The translations under genes were made by a program, and so were the position numbers. Shown piece by piece: positions 1 to 8,083 of a DNA stretch of 39,046 nucleotides. The stretch is from a virus. Lineage: Duplodnaviria; Caudoviricetes. Position 1 is the first letter of the stretch. Each line of letters begins with the position of its first letter. The DNA is taken from positions 1-39,046 of the IMG/VR virus record IMGVR_UViG_3300032329_000529; one strand, 5' to 3'. The notes beneath the pieces are model-generated. The model had not been told where the DNA came from, searched no databases, and saw only the letters and a program-made list of their open reading frames with translations.

Positions 1-150
1 AGTTCTATTAGATTCTCCATCTTTGTACCATATATTACAAAGTTTACCATTAAATTTTTTCCATCCCATATACTCCGCTATCACCTCACTCATTTGAGCG
101 ATTTGTTCGAGGGTTAATTCTGTGCTATTACTAGTTGTTACTGTTGTCAT
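1..150 (-). CDS. Hypothetical phage protein, N-terminal part; runs off the window start and continues in frame into 39046-38726 if the genome is circular
   Basis: ATG at 150 opens 50 sense codons (MTTVTTSNSTELTLEQIAQMSEVIAEYMGW...SNRT) with no stop before base 1. Confidence 0.65.
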   Translation of the reverse strand, partial: MTTVTTSNSTELTLEQIAQMSEVIAEYMGWKKFNGKLCNIWYKDGESNRT

Positions 151-397
151 TGTTAGTTAGCTTTAATTCTTTATAATAATTTAACCAAAAAGCATTTAGT
201 GCTTTTGCAGGGGATTGCCCAAACCCTACTATACAATTTCTTTCTGGTAATTCACCATAAATACAACACCATTGGTTACCATCAACAATTAATTTAGGCT
301 GCAACATTTTAAATAAAATACTTTCTGCTTCCAATTGTATATTAGCAATTAATTGTTCAACTATACACTGCTGTTGTATTCCTGTTAGTAATTCCAT
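131..397 (-). CDS. Hypothetical phage protein
   Basis: 88-aa ORF in the tightly packed leftward operon. Confidence 0.75.
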   Translation of the reverse strand: MELLTGIQQQCIVEQLIANIQLEAESILFKMLQPKLIVDGNQWCCIYGELPERNCIVGFGQSPAKALNAFWLNYYKELKLTNNDNSNN

Positions 398-403
398 AAT
401 ATT

Positions 404-910
404 CTATTTTTCACTTGTTATTAAATACGGATTCTTATCACCTAATGTTCTAGGGTCAATTGAATTAATTGTATCAGGAAATATATTTATTCTACGGGAG
501 AATAGATATTGAAATAATAATAGTTGATTGTCAATTAAGTAAAAACGTTTGGTGTCAATCCCATAAAAATAAAATGATTCACAATCATAATAAAATTTAC
601 GATAATGATAATTTAATTTATTACCTTCTATCACATAATCAATAGTATCATTTATTATAAAACCCTCAATCTTTGCCAATTCTACTAATGGTATTTCTTC
701 TACACCTTCGTGAATTATTGTTTCTGTGAGGCATGATAGAGGGTATAATAATATTTTGTTTAAATTTGAATACCCATCTCCCAAAGTACCATCATTAAAT
801 TGAAGTATATTACCACTAATACTATTTAAAGTTAATATAGTATTACCATCTGGTCTAACTACCTTTACCTCACTATTCAAGTAGTGTATTAAGTTGTTAT
901 TTGTGTTCAT
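404..910 (-). CDS. Hypothetical phage protein
   Basis: 168-aa ORF preceded by the TTTTAGAAA-ATG start motif. Confidence 0.8.
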   Translation of the reverse strand: MNTNNNLIHYLNSEVKVVRPDGNTILTLNSISGNILQFNDGTLGDGYSNLNKILLYPLSCLTETIIHEGVEEIPLVELAKIEGFIINDTIDYVIEGNKLNYHYRKFYYDCESFYFYGIDTKRFYLIDNQLLLFQYLFSRRINIFPDTINSIDPRTLGDKNPYLITSEK

Positions 911-921
911 TTTCTAAAAAT

Positions 922-1098
922 TTACTGATTAATTAACTTTACTGTTTCTGGATAAATTTCGTAGCGTTTACAAAGCCTTTCATCACAAATAAAGTGCTTA
1001 TCTATAATGTTATCGTAGTGATAATATCCTGTAATTTGTAGTTTTATATCTCCGACAATTACTCCTTTAACTAATAGTTGTGTTTTAGGATTGTTCAT
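922..1098 (-). CDS. Small hypothetical protein (58 aa, weak YopX-like YEIYPETV end); not in the ORF track
   Basis: Manual translation MNNPKTQLLVKGVIVGDIKLQ...YEIYPETVKLINQ; fills the operon gap; preceded by TTTTAGAAA. Confidence 0.6.
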   Translation of the reverse strand: MNNPKTQLLVKGVIVGDIKLQITGYYHYDNIIDKHFICDERLCKRYEIYPETVKLINQ

Positions 1099-1267
1099 TT
1101 TCTAAAATTTTAATTACTTTTTTTGTTTCAAAAACTGATTTGCGCAACCACGACTTAGCCTTATCATTATTAGCCTGTTTAAGACGTTCATTTCTAATTA
1201 CTAAGCGTTGCCTATAGTGTTCTAAAGTATTGGCATCGTGAGTGCCTAAGAAGTCATTAGCGGTCAT
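1085..1267 (-). CDS. Hypothetical phage protein
   Basis: 60-aa ORF overlapping its neighbours as expected in an operon. Confidence 0.65.
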   Translation of the reverse strand: MTANDFLGTHDANTLEHYRQRLVIRNERLKQANNDKAKSWLRKSVFETKKVIKILENEQS

Positions 1268-1421
1268 TTGATGAAGGTTTGTTGTCTATTAATACTTGTT
1301 TACAATGTTCGATTTGCTCATCAGTTATCATAGTTCCACTTTCTAGGATTATTATAACCGCATTGAGATTCTGCCAAATGTTCTCACATTTTTCAAAAAT
1401 GGTTAATTCCAGCTTGTTCAT
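1257..1421 (-). CDS. Small hypothetical protein (54 aa), first gene of the leftward operon; not in the ORF track
   Basis: MNKLELTIFEKCENIWQ...; preceded by AAAATTAGAAAAT and the minus-strand promoter TATCTTCG. Confidence 0.6.
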   Translation of the reverse strand: MNKLELTIFEKCENIWQNLNAVIIILESGTMITDEQIEHCKQVLIDNKPSSNDR

Positions 1422-1442
1422 ATTTTCTAATTTTATTTGATG

Positions 1443-1529
1443 CGAAGATAGAATAATATTTGAATAAAAATGAAAATAAAAAAAATATTTTTAAAATAAA
1501 TGAAAATCAAAAAGAAATTACTATATTTG
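1443..1529. promoter_or_regulatory. Divergent early promoter region: leftward -7 TATCTTCG (1450-1443) and rightward -7 TATATTTG (1522-1529)
   Basis: Matches the Bacteroidota TAnnTTTG -7 consensus; gene orientation switches here; AATGAAAAT occurs at 1469 and 1499. Confidence 0.7.
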
Positions 1530-1545
1530 TAAAAAATTAGAAAAG

Positions 1546-1728
1546 ATGAATAAGCATGATTTAAAAGTAGGAGATAAAGTAACGTTTATAAATAAGTTGA
1601 ATACCACTATAATAAAGACAATTACTAGAATAGAATTTAAAAGCGTTTATAGCAATAATTGTAGAGAATCTTGGAATACAGTTAATGACTTAATAGATAA
1701 TTATAACGCAACTATTATACGCAATTAA
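1546..1728 (+). CDS. Hypothetical protein (SH3/KOW-like LKVGDKV start)
   Basis: 60-aa ORF directly after a promoter and the AAATTAGAAA motif. Confidence 0.7.
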   Translation: MNKHDLKVGDKVTFINKLNTTIIKTITRIEFKSVYSNNCRESWNTVNDLIDNYNATIIRN

Positions 1729-1745
1729 ACAAACAATAAACATAC

Positions 1746-1970
1746 ATGGATAGTAGACAGTTAGAGGCTATCAAATTAAAGATAGCGGATATTAAGGCAG
1801 AGGTTAATGCAGAAGATAAAAAGGAACTTGTAGCTAATGGCATTTGTAGTATGGGTACTATAGATACTTATGTAACTAAGGGCGATGCAAAGGATTTTAC
1901 CCTAGCTAACAAAATATACAAGTTCCTTAATAAAAGAGTAGAATATCGTTTCAAACAATTAAACAAATAA
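1746..1970 (+). CDS. Hypothetical protein, possible Cro-like HTH
   Basis: 74 aa, helical, near the divergent promoter; the HTH call is weak. Confidence 0.55.
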   Translation: MDSRQLEAIKLKIADIKAEVNAEDKKELVANGICSMGTIDTYVTKGDAKDFTLANKIYKFLNKRVEYRFKQLNK

Positions 1971-1974
1971 CAAA

Positions 1975-2196
1975 ATGCAAAAAACAAACTTAGAATTAGC
2001 ACACGAAACGGCAGCATTAATAGGCTGCATTGAAGACAACTTTAGCCTATTTGATGGAATGGCTATTGATAAAGAGGAACTCATAAAAGAGTCATTATCG
2101 ACAATTCAAAAAAACATTGCGCAACTAAATAGTATCTATAATTCGCCATTGGTTGAGATGATGTCAGTTGTGGAATTAGCGGAAGAAATTAATTAA
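1975..2196 (+). CDS. Hypothetical protein
   Basis: 73-aa acidic ORF in the operon. Confidence 0.65.
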   Translation: MQKTNLELAHETAALIGCIEDNFSLFDGMAIDKEELIKESLSTIQKNIAQLNSIYNSPLVEMMSVVELAEEIN

Positions 2197-2201
2197 ACGA
2201 T

Positions 2202-2297
2202 ATGCTTGCTACAATAATAATCGCTGCCATCTTTATATATGACTTACGCCTAATGAGTAAGGCTCATGTAATTGATAGTAAAGAGGATTGGTTTTAG
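2202..2297 (+). CDS. Small membrane peptide (31 aa)
   Basis: Manual translation MLATIIIAAIFIYDLRLMSKAHVIDSKEDWF; fills a gap. Confidence 0.45.
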   Translation: MLATIIIAAIFIYDLRLMSKAHVIDSKEDWF

Positions 2298-2324
2298 AAA
2301 AAATAGTTTATTAACATTTACAAA

Positions 2325-2981
2325 ATGAAAGTATTAAACTTATATGCTTGTCTCGGTGGTAATCGTTACAAATGGACTGATTGTAATGTAACAGCAGTTG
2401 AATTAGACCCAGTACTTGCATCATTATATCAAGAACGTTTCCCAAATGATACTGTAATAGTTGCCGATGCTCACCAATATTTATTAGACCATTATAAAAA
2501 GTTTGATTTTATTTGGAGTAGTCCTCCGTGTCCGAGTCATAGTAGGGCTAGATATTGGAGTAGCAGTAATTATGATACCGCTACGGATGCTGTTTACCCT
2601 GACATGAAATTATACGAAGAAATATTGTTTTTACAACATTATTTTAAAACAGGTAAATATGTAGTTGAAAATGTTATCCCTTATTATAAGCCTCTTATTG
2701 AATATCAAGAAAGAGATAGGCATCTTTATTGGACTAATTTTAAATTGCCAAATAATATTAGCTCTCGTCATTTTGATGGGATGTGCCAAACAAGTAATGA
2801 GCTTAAAAAGCTTTGTAAATTTCACGATTACGAATTTAAAAAATATGTAGATATGGGTGGGAAACAAATTGTTATTAAGATAGCTAGAAACCTTGTAGAT
2901 TATGAAGCAGGGCTAACAATATTTAATACTGCTAGAGGAATAATAACAGCTAATAATACTAAACAACTAACACTATTATAA
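2325..2981 (+). CDS. C5-cytosine DNA methyltransferase (short phage type)
   Basis: Motif I variant LYACLGG, motif IV SPPC (catalytic PC), motif VI ENV. Confidence 0.9.
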   Translation: MKVLNLYACLGGNRYKWTDCNVTAVELDPVLASLYQERFPNDTVIVADAHQYLLDHYKKFDFIWSSPPCPSHSRARYWSSSNYDTATDAVYPDMKLYEEILFLQHYFKTGKYVVENVIPYYKPLIEYQERDRHLYWTNFKLPNNISSRHFDGMCQTSNELKKLCKFHDYEFKKYVDMGGKQIVIKIARNLVDYEAGLTIFNTARGIITANNTKQLTLL

Positions 2982-3200
2982 ATGAGCAAACACACCTTTC
3001 AAATAGGCAACAAACTAGGCGGCAATAAGCCTAAGCCGTATAAGACTAAACAGATAAGGAAACACGTACCAGAGGATATTTTTAATGAAGTGATAGATAA
3101 TATTAACGATACAATAAAACAATGGAAACTTTTGAGCGGACACAAAAAAAGCAAATCACTAAAAGCATTGAAAATGTTAAAGGGATTACAAAAATCTTAA
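2982..3200 (+). CDS. Small basic DNA-binding protein (ribbon-helix-helix-like)
   Basis: KTKQIRKHVPEDIFNEVIDNI fits a strand-Pro-helix pattern. Confidence 0.5.
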   Translation: MSKHTFQIGNKLGGNKPKPYKTKQIRKHVPEDIFNEVIDNINDTIKQWKLLSGHKKSKSLKALKMLKGLQKS

Positions 3201-3249
3201 AATTTCATTAAAAGATTAGCGTTGTGTATTTTGGTACTATTTAACATTG

Positions 3250-3257
3250 TATATTTG
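3250..3257 (+). promoter_or_regulatory. Bacteroidota -7 promoter element
   Basis: TATATTTG, 16 nt before ATG 3274. Confidence 0.7.
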
Positions 3258-3273
3258 TAGAAAATTAGGAAAT

Positions 3274-3510
3274 ATGAATACGCAAGATTTTAAAAATAAA
3301 ATTGAAAGTATATTAAACATTAATATTAAAGAAAGAGTAAAAATAATAAATGCAGGCACTTCTTTTGAAAGCATTGGTATTATTTACAAATTATCTTTTA
3401 AAGTTGGTTATGACTATTCTATTTCTGATTTACAATTGATGCAAATGATTGACTCCAAAATAAATGTTGGGTATTCAAATGACAAAATAACATTAACAAA
3501 ATACAACTAA
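3274..3510 (+). CDS. Hypothetical protein in its own promoter-gene-hairpin cassette
   Basis: The ORF track starts at 3247, but ATG 3274 follows the promoter and AAAATTAGGAAAT. Confidence 0.7.
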   Translation: MNTQDFKNKIESILNINIKERVKIINAGTSFESIGIIYKLSFKVGYDYSISDLQLMQMIDSKINVGYSNDKITLTKYN

Positions 3511-3519
3511 CCCCATCAC

Positions 3520-3549
3520 AGGCGGCTAACTACCGCCTTTAAATTTTTT
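3520..3549 (+). terminator. Hairpin / probable intrinsic terminator
   Basis: AGGCGG-ctaacta-CCGCCT followed by a T-rich run. Confidence 0.55.
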
Positions 3550-3554
3550 CATTA

Positions 3555-3635
3555 ATGTACACACAAAAACAATGGACAGAAACAAAGCAAGCAATCGCCA
3601 TCATAATAGGCTTAATCCTAATGATGTTCGTATAA
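3555..3635 (+). CDS. Small membrane peptide (26 aa)
   Basis: MYTQKQWTETKQAIAIIIGLILMMFV. Confidence 0.4.
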   Translation: MYTQKQWTETKQAIAIIIGLILMMFV

Positions 3636-3708
3636 TTAACACGCTACTTAAAGTAGCAATACCGATAATGTTTTTTTTAATAATGGTACAAAAATAAAAT
3701 TAGAAATT

Positions 3709-4596
3709 ATGCAATTACTGAAAGCAACTAGAAAAAAAGTTAAGTTAAGATTAGGTTTATCAGCCGTTAGCGGTGGTGGTAAAACGTATAGTGCAATACT
3801 ATTAGCAAAAGGATTAGTAGACGGAGACCTTAGTAAAGTAGCCGTTATTGATACAGAAAACAATAGTGCATCATTGTATAGTCATTTAGGTGAATATAAT
3901 ACTATTGAATTAACTTCCCCTTATACCCCTGAGCGATATATTCAAGCTATCAAAGTTTGTGAAGATGCTGGAATGGAAGTAATTATTATTGATTCTATTA
4001 CCCACGAATGGGATGGCAAAGGCGGTTTATTAGAAATACATAGCCAAATGACAGGTAACAGCTTTACTAATTGGTCAAGCCTAACTCCTCGTCACCAAAA
4101 GTTTATAGATAGTATTTTACAGTCCAAATGTCATGTTATAACCACCGTTCGTCGTAAGACTGAATATGATATGCAAAAAGATAGCAATGGTAGGACTAAA
4201 GTAGAAAAGTCAGGTTTAAAAGAAGTAACTCGAGAAGGCTTTGAATATGAGTTAACTATTAACTTTAACTTAGACGAAAAGCATAATTGTACAGCGTCTA
4301 AAGACCGTACAGGGTTGTTTATGGATAAACCTTTCTTTACTATCACAGAAGAAACAGGCAAAATGATTAAACAATGGTGCGAAAGTGGTGTAGAAGTACC
4401 TAAGCCATCTATTACACCTCAACTTTTTAAAAAAGCAATTGAACGTATCAATGCAGGTGAAATTGAATTGATAGCAAAAGCTAAGTCTACTTATTCATTA
4501 ACAAAAGAACAATTAACAGAACTTAGTAATGCTTCAAATTGTTTTTTAAAAGATAAAGATGAACGTTACAATTTTAACGCAGATATAAACGGTTAA
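3709..4596 (+). CDS. AAA ATPase, Sak4-like ssDNA-annealing/recombination protein (AAA_24)
   Basis: Walker A SGGGKT, IDTE, Walker B IIIDSITHEW, GFEYE and SKDRT motifs; lies near ssb. Confidence 0.88.
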   Translation: MQLLKATRKKVKLRLGLSAVSGGGKTYSAILLAKGLVDGDLSKVAVIDTENNSASLYSHLGEYNTIELTSPYTPERYIQAIKVCEDAGMEVIIIDSITHEWDGKGGLLEIHSQMTGNSFTNWSSLTPRHQKFIDSILQSKCHVITTVRRKTEYDMQKDSNGRTKVEKSGLKEVTREGFEYELTINFNLDEKHNCTASKDRTGLFMDKPFFTITEETGKMIKQWCESGVEVPKPSITPQLFKKAIERINAGEIELIAKAKSTYSLTKEQLTELSNASNCFLKDKDERYNFNADING

Positions 4597-4598
4597 AT

Positions 4599-4790
4599 AT
4601 GATACAGTTACAGCAACAAGAAATAGTTAGTCAATACTTAGATGAAGTAGTGACAGGCAAAAAACAAAAGCAGTCCACAAGTAAGTGGGCTGCTAAGATT
4701 GAACTATCAAAACAATACTCACAAGATGAGTTAATTAATAAAGAAACTGAATATTATAACAGACAAAATAGGTACAATGAAAGCAAGTAA
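4599..4790 (+). CDS. Hypothetical protein
   Basis: 63-aa ORF in the operon. Confidence 0.6.
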   Translation: MIQLQQQEIVSQYLDEVVTGKKQKQSTSKWAAKIELSKQYSQDELINKETEYYNRQNRYNESK

Positions 4791-5226
4791 AGAATTAGTG
4801 CAGCATATCAGCACACGCTTTTGGGATAAGTCAAATAAAGAAGTAGCACAATGTTTAGCAGATTTTAAAGGGAAGTGGTTTGAAAGTGAAGATGAAGTAT
4901 TGCCCACTAAAATAAACCTAGATATTGAAGAACCTAAGCAGCGTGATTGGACGGGGGTTAGGTATAGGCATAAAAGTACTGGCGAAATAAGGAAGATAGA
5001 TAAAGGTAGCTACTCAGAGGATTACCCGTATTCAATATTGAATAATAGTGTTCATTATAAACAGATTGAAGTTGATAGACTATTTTCAGAAGGCGCATGG
5101 ATTGAACTACCATCCGAAACTGAACAGCATACTATACACGCTGAAAAGCCTAATGATTTGGAATCGAGAATTGAGGCGTTGAATAATAGGATAATAAACT
5201 TAGAAAAACGCTTAAACATTCTATAA
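4777..5226 (+). CDS. Hypothetical protein with C-terminal coiled coil
   Basis: 149-aa ORF. Confidence 0.75.
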   Translation: MKASKELVQHISTRFWDKSNKEVAQCLADFKGKWFESEDEVLPTKINLDIEEPKQRDWTGVRYRHKSTGEIRKIDKGSYSEDYPYSILNNSVHYKQIEVDRLFSEGAWIELPSETEQHTIHAEKPNDLESRIEALNNRIINLEKRLNIL

Positions 5227-5386
5227 TGCATACGGCGAAAAGGATAAGCAACGACCCGAACTTCATCAACACATGAAAACAATACCTAGTAATGGAAAGC
5301 TAGTCGATTGGGATAGGTTTCTGCCACTAATGAATATTGACACGGGAGAAAGTCGGCAAGTAAAATTGAAGTTAAAATCGTAAAAG

Positions 5387-5578
5387 TTGATAACAGTAAA
5401 AATAAACGCTAACACCATCACAATATCGGACGACAGAAATACGCCGTTTATTGAGGAAGTGGTGATAACGAAGGAAGAATTAAAATTAATAAACAAAAAA
5501 GTAAGGCTGCTTAAAAGCCGTGTTAAAAATGATAAAATTACTCGTAATCGGGAATCTAACAAAAGACGCTACTACTAA
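5387..5578 (+). CDS. Hypothetical protein
   Basis: 63 aa, TTG start, overlaps the ssb start by 50 nt. Confidence 0.4.
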   Translation: MITVKINANTITISDDRNTPFIEEVVITKEELKLINKKVRLLKSRVKNDKITRNRESNKRRYY

Positions 5579-5954
5579 TAAAGTAGGCGAGCGCACAGTT
5601 ATCAACTTTACAGTTGCACATAATGAAAAGTATAAGGATGCAAGCGGCGAGCATAAAAGTAAAGTTACTTACGTTGATTGTGCATATTGGTCGGAAAAAA
5701 CTGCAATAGTGCCGTATCTAAAAAAAGGTACACAAGTATATTCGGAAGGTAAGCCAGAAATAAAAACGTACAGTAAACAAGATGGATCTACAGGTGCTAG
5801 TTTTATCTGTAACGTTTCCACCGTTCAACTTTTGGATAGCAAACAAGACGCACAACAGCCGCAACCACAAACTACAGCACCGCCTACATCACAACAGAGT
5901 GCCGCTAATTCAGCAAAGATAATTGAAGATGAACCACAAGATTTACCATTTTAA
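5529..5954 (+). CDS. ssb: Single-stranded DNA-binding protein
   Basis: IGNLTKDA...FTVAHNE...LKKGTQVYSEG OB-fold, Q/P-rich linker, acidic DLPF tail. Confidence 0.95.
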   Translation: MIKLLVIGNLTKDATTNKVGERTVINFTVAHNEKYKDASGEHKSKVTYVDCAYWSEKTAIVPYLKKGTQVYSEGKPEIKTYSKQDGSTGASFICNVSTVQLLDSKQDAQQPQPQTTAPPTSQQSAANSAKIIEDEPQDLPF

Positions 5955-5966
5955 TCTATTCACCAC

Positions 5967-5992
5967 GCTGCAAGTAATACCGCTTGCAGCTT
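5967..5992 (+). terminator. Hairpin after ssb
   Basis: GCTGCAAG-taataccg-CTTGCAGC, 8-bp perfect stem, weak U tract. Confidence 0.5.
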
Positions 5993-6003
5993 AACTATAC
6001 CTT

Positions 6004-6195
6004 ATGTATCAACCTCCTAAGCAGTTTACCTACTACTATAACGAAACGGCTACATTTGTCAGTACTCATACAAATAACACGCAGTATTGGTATAGTGTAT
6101 ATGATCCGACAAAAAACAAAGTAGTAGAACTTCCACTAACAAAAGGAAACATTGATTATTTACTAAAAAATATAAAACAAAATGCCACTAAGTGA
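6004..6195 (+). CDS. Hypothetical protein
   Basis: 63-aa ORF. Confidence 0.6.
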   Translation: MYQPPKQFTYYYNETATFVSTHTNNTQYWYSVYDPTKNKVVELPLTKGNIDYLLKNIKQNATK

Positions 6196-6718
6196 TTTAA
6201 AAATTATAGAAGAAGTAGAAAAGGGGAATATAATTATTGAGGATTGGGACATTAATAGGCTTAACGCTTGTAGTTATGATGTTAGAATTTCCAATATTAT
6301 TAAAGCCCCAAAGAATTATGTGCTAGATACCCGCACCGAAAACGAGTGGATAGAATACCCAATAGAAGAAAAAGGGTTTGTAATTGAACCCGGCACAATA
6401 TACAACTCTTGCATCATTGGTAAATTTGGCGTTAAAGGTAACATTTGCGCTAAGGTTATGGGTAAGTCTAGTTTAGGGCGTTTAGGATTAGATGTAACCG
6501 TAGGAGACGTTGGGCATTGTGAACCGAATTTCGAGGGCAGCTTAGTCATTGAACTTGCAGCTAAACAGCCGACTATTATCTATCCGAACATGAAGATAGG
6601 ACAAGTTTTATTCTATTACATAGACGGCGAAATAGAGCGTTATTATTCTAAAGTAAAAAGTAGTAAGTACATGAATCAATCAGGCATTCAAACTTCTTTG
6701 AATCATTTGAATTTTTAG
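6182..6718 (+). CDS. dcd: dCTP deaminase (trimeric dUTPase superfamily)
   Basis: LSD start, SYDVR, GKSSLGRLGL, EPNFEGSLVIEL, PNMKIGQ and KYMNQ motifs. Confidence 0.9.
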   Translation: MPLSDLKIIEEVEKGNIIIEDWDINRLNACSYDVRISNIIKAPKNYVLDTRTENEWIEYPIEEKGFVIEPGTIYNSCIIGKFGVKGNICAKVMGKSSLGRLGLDVTVGDVGHCEPNFEGSLVIELAAKQPTIIYPNMKIGQVLFYYIDGEIERYYSKVKSSKYMNQSGIQTSLNHLNF

Positions 6719-6720
6719 AG

Positions 6721-6839
6721 TATATTTGCCGAGCAGTTAGTTTATTGAAGGGACGCTTTAAACTAATTTAAAAACATTGGTTAATTTTTAACCGAGCCTC
6801 TTTTTTGCACGTCCCGCAGATTAGGGGCTTTTTTATTTT
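6721..6839 (+). promoter_or_regulatory. Promoter plus structured leader/attenuator upstream of the replication operon
   Basis: TATATTTG at 6721-28, three hairpins, the last followed by a U tract; the loops GGGACG and CGTCCC are complementary. Confidence 0.7.
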
Positions 6840-7388
6840 ATGATTGAAGAAATTAAAGTTGAAAAATCAAGAAAACCAATTTCTAAAAAATTACGTTTTG
6901 AAATATTTAAACGTGATAATTTCACTTGCCAATATTTCGGTTCAAAAACGCCTAATGTAATTTTAGAGGTAGACCATGTTTTACCTATTAGTAAGGGTGG
7001 AAATAATTCAATAGATAATTTAATTACATCATGCTTTGATTGTAATAGAGGTAAAGGAGCAATTGAACTTTTTAGCATTCCATTGTCATTAGAGGAAAAA
7101 ATATCTATAAGCAAATTAAAAGAAAGTCAATATAAAGCTTATAAACAGATGCTAAAACAAATTGATACTAGAATTGAATTAGAAATAAATGAACTTGAAT
7201 ATATAATAGGAGAAATATATTATTGCCACTTTTCTAATAAGTTTAGATTTAGTGTAAAATCTTTTATAGAAAAAATAGGATTTAAAGAAACTAAAGCAGC
7301 ATTAGAAAAAAGTACTAGATTAAATGATTGCGAAGATTGTTTAAAATATTTTTGTGGAATTTGTTGGAATATTATAAAAAATAAATAG
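6840..7388 (+). CDS. HNH endonuclease-domain protein
   Basis: RDNFTCQYFG...VDHVLPISKGG.N..DNL..SCFDCNRGK. Confidence 0.9.
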   Translation: MIEEIKVEKSRKPISKKLRFEIFKRDNFTCQYFGSKTPNVILEVDHVLPISKGGNNSIDNLITSCFDCNRGKGAIELFSIPLSLEEKISISKLKESQYKAYKQMLKQIDTRIELEINELEYIIGEIYYCHFSNKFRFSVKSFIEKIGFKETKAALEKSTRLNDCEDCLKYFCGICWNIIKNK

Positions 7389-7390
7389 CC

Positions 7391-8083
7391 ATGGAAGAAA
7401 GTAAATTAGATATATACTCCCTATCTAGGAACTTTTGGAATTATGCTTTTGATAATCCAGAGAAAGTAAATACTAATCATATTGCTATTTATTTTTTTGC
7501 AGTAGAACATTGCAATAGATTAGGATGGAAGGAAAAGTTTGGGTTTCCTACGTCTATGGCAATGGAAGCAACGGGTATAAAAAATTGGCGTACTTATTCA
7601 AAAGCGTTTAATGAGTTGGTAGAATTTGGGTTGATTAAATTGATTGAAAAAAGCACAAATCAGTATTCTAGCAATATTATTGCTATTGTAAAAAATACAA
7701 AAGCACAATCAAAAGCACTAGACGTAGCACTGCAAAATCACAGTCAAAAGCAACGCCAAAGCAAAGCTAGTATAGATATACAAGATACAACTATACAAGA
7801 TACAATTATTGGTGCATCCGCACCCACTAATAAATCTATTGAAGAACGTTACAAAGAATTTTACAACGAAGTAGCTACTTTCAAGGAACTTTATAAAGCT
7901 GAAACACTAAGGGCTTTTTTCAACTATTGGATTGAGCAGAATAAATCAAAAACTAAGATGAAGTTCGAACTTGAAAAAACATGGAATACTAGCCTAAGAT
8001 TGAAACGTTGGGAAAGTAATAACTTCAATACCCCAAAGCTACCACAAGAACCCGTTAAACGAATCCCACAATTTGAAATGTAA
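7391..8083 (+). CDS. Phage replication initiator (winged-helix N-terminus, iteron-coding linker, conserved C-terminus)
   Basis: HTH-like N-terminus; internal DNA repeats; FFNYW.E...KMKFELEKTW...RL..W C-terminus; lies upstream of the primase-helicase. Confidence 0.75.
   Translation: MEESKLDIYSLSRNFWNYAFDNPEKVNTNHIAIYFFAVEHCNRLGWKEKFGFPTSMAMEATGIKNWRTYSKAFNELVEFGLIKLIEKSTNQYSSNIIAIVKNTKAQSKALDVALQNHSQKQRQSKASIDIQDTTIQDTIIGASAPTNKSIEERYKEFYNEVATFKELYKAETLRAFFNYWIEQNKSKTKMKFELEKTWNTSLRLKRWESNNFNTPKLPQEPVKRIPQFEM
7669..7805. repeat. Iteron-like repeats, putative replication origin inside the initiator gene
   Basis: CAAAAGCAC-like units at about 12-nt spacing (7698-7765), TATACAAGATACAA twice, palindrome TAGCAAT-att-ATTGCTA. 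Confidence 0.6.
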
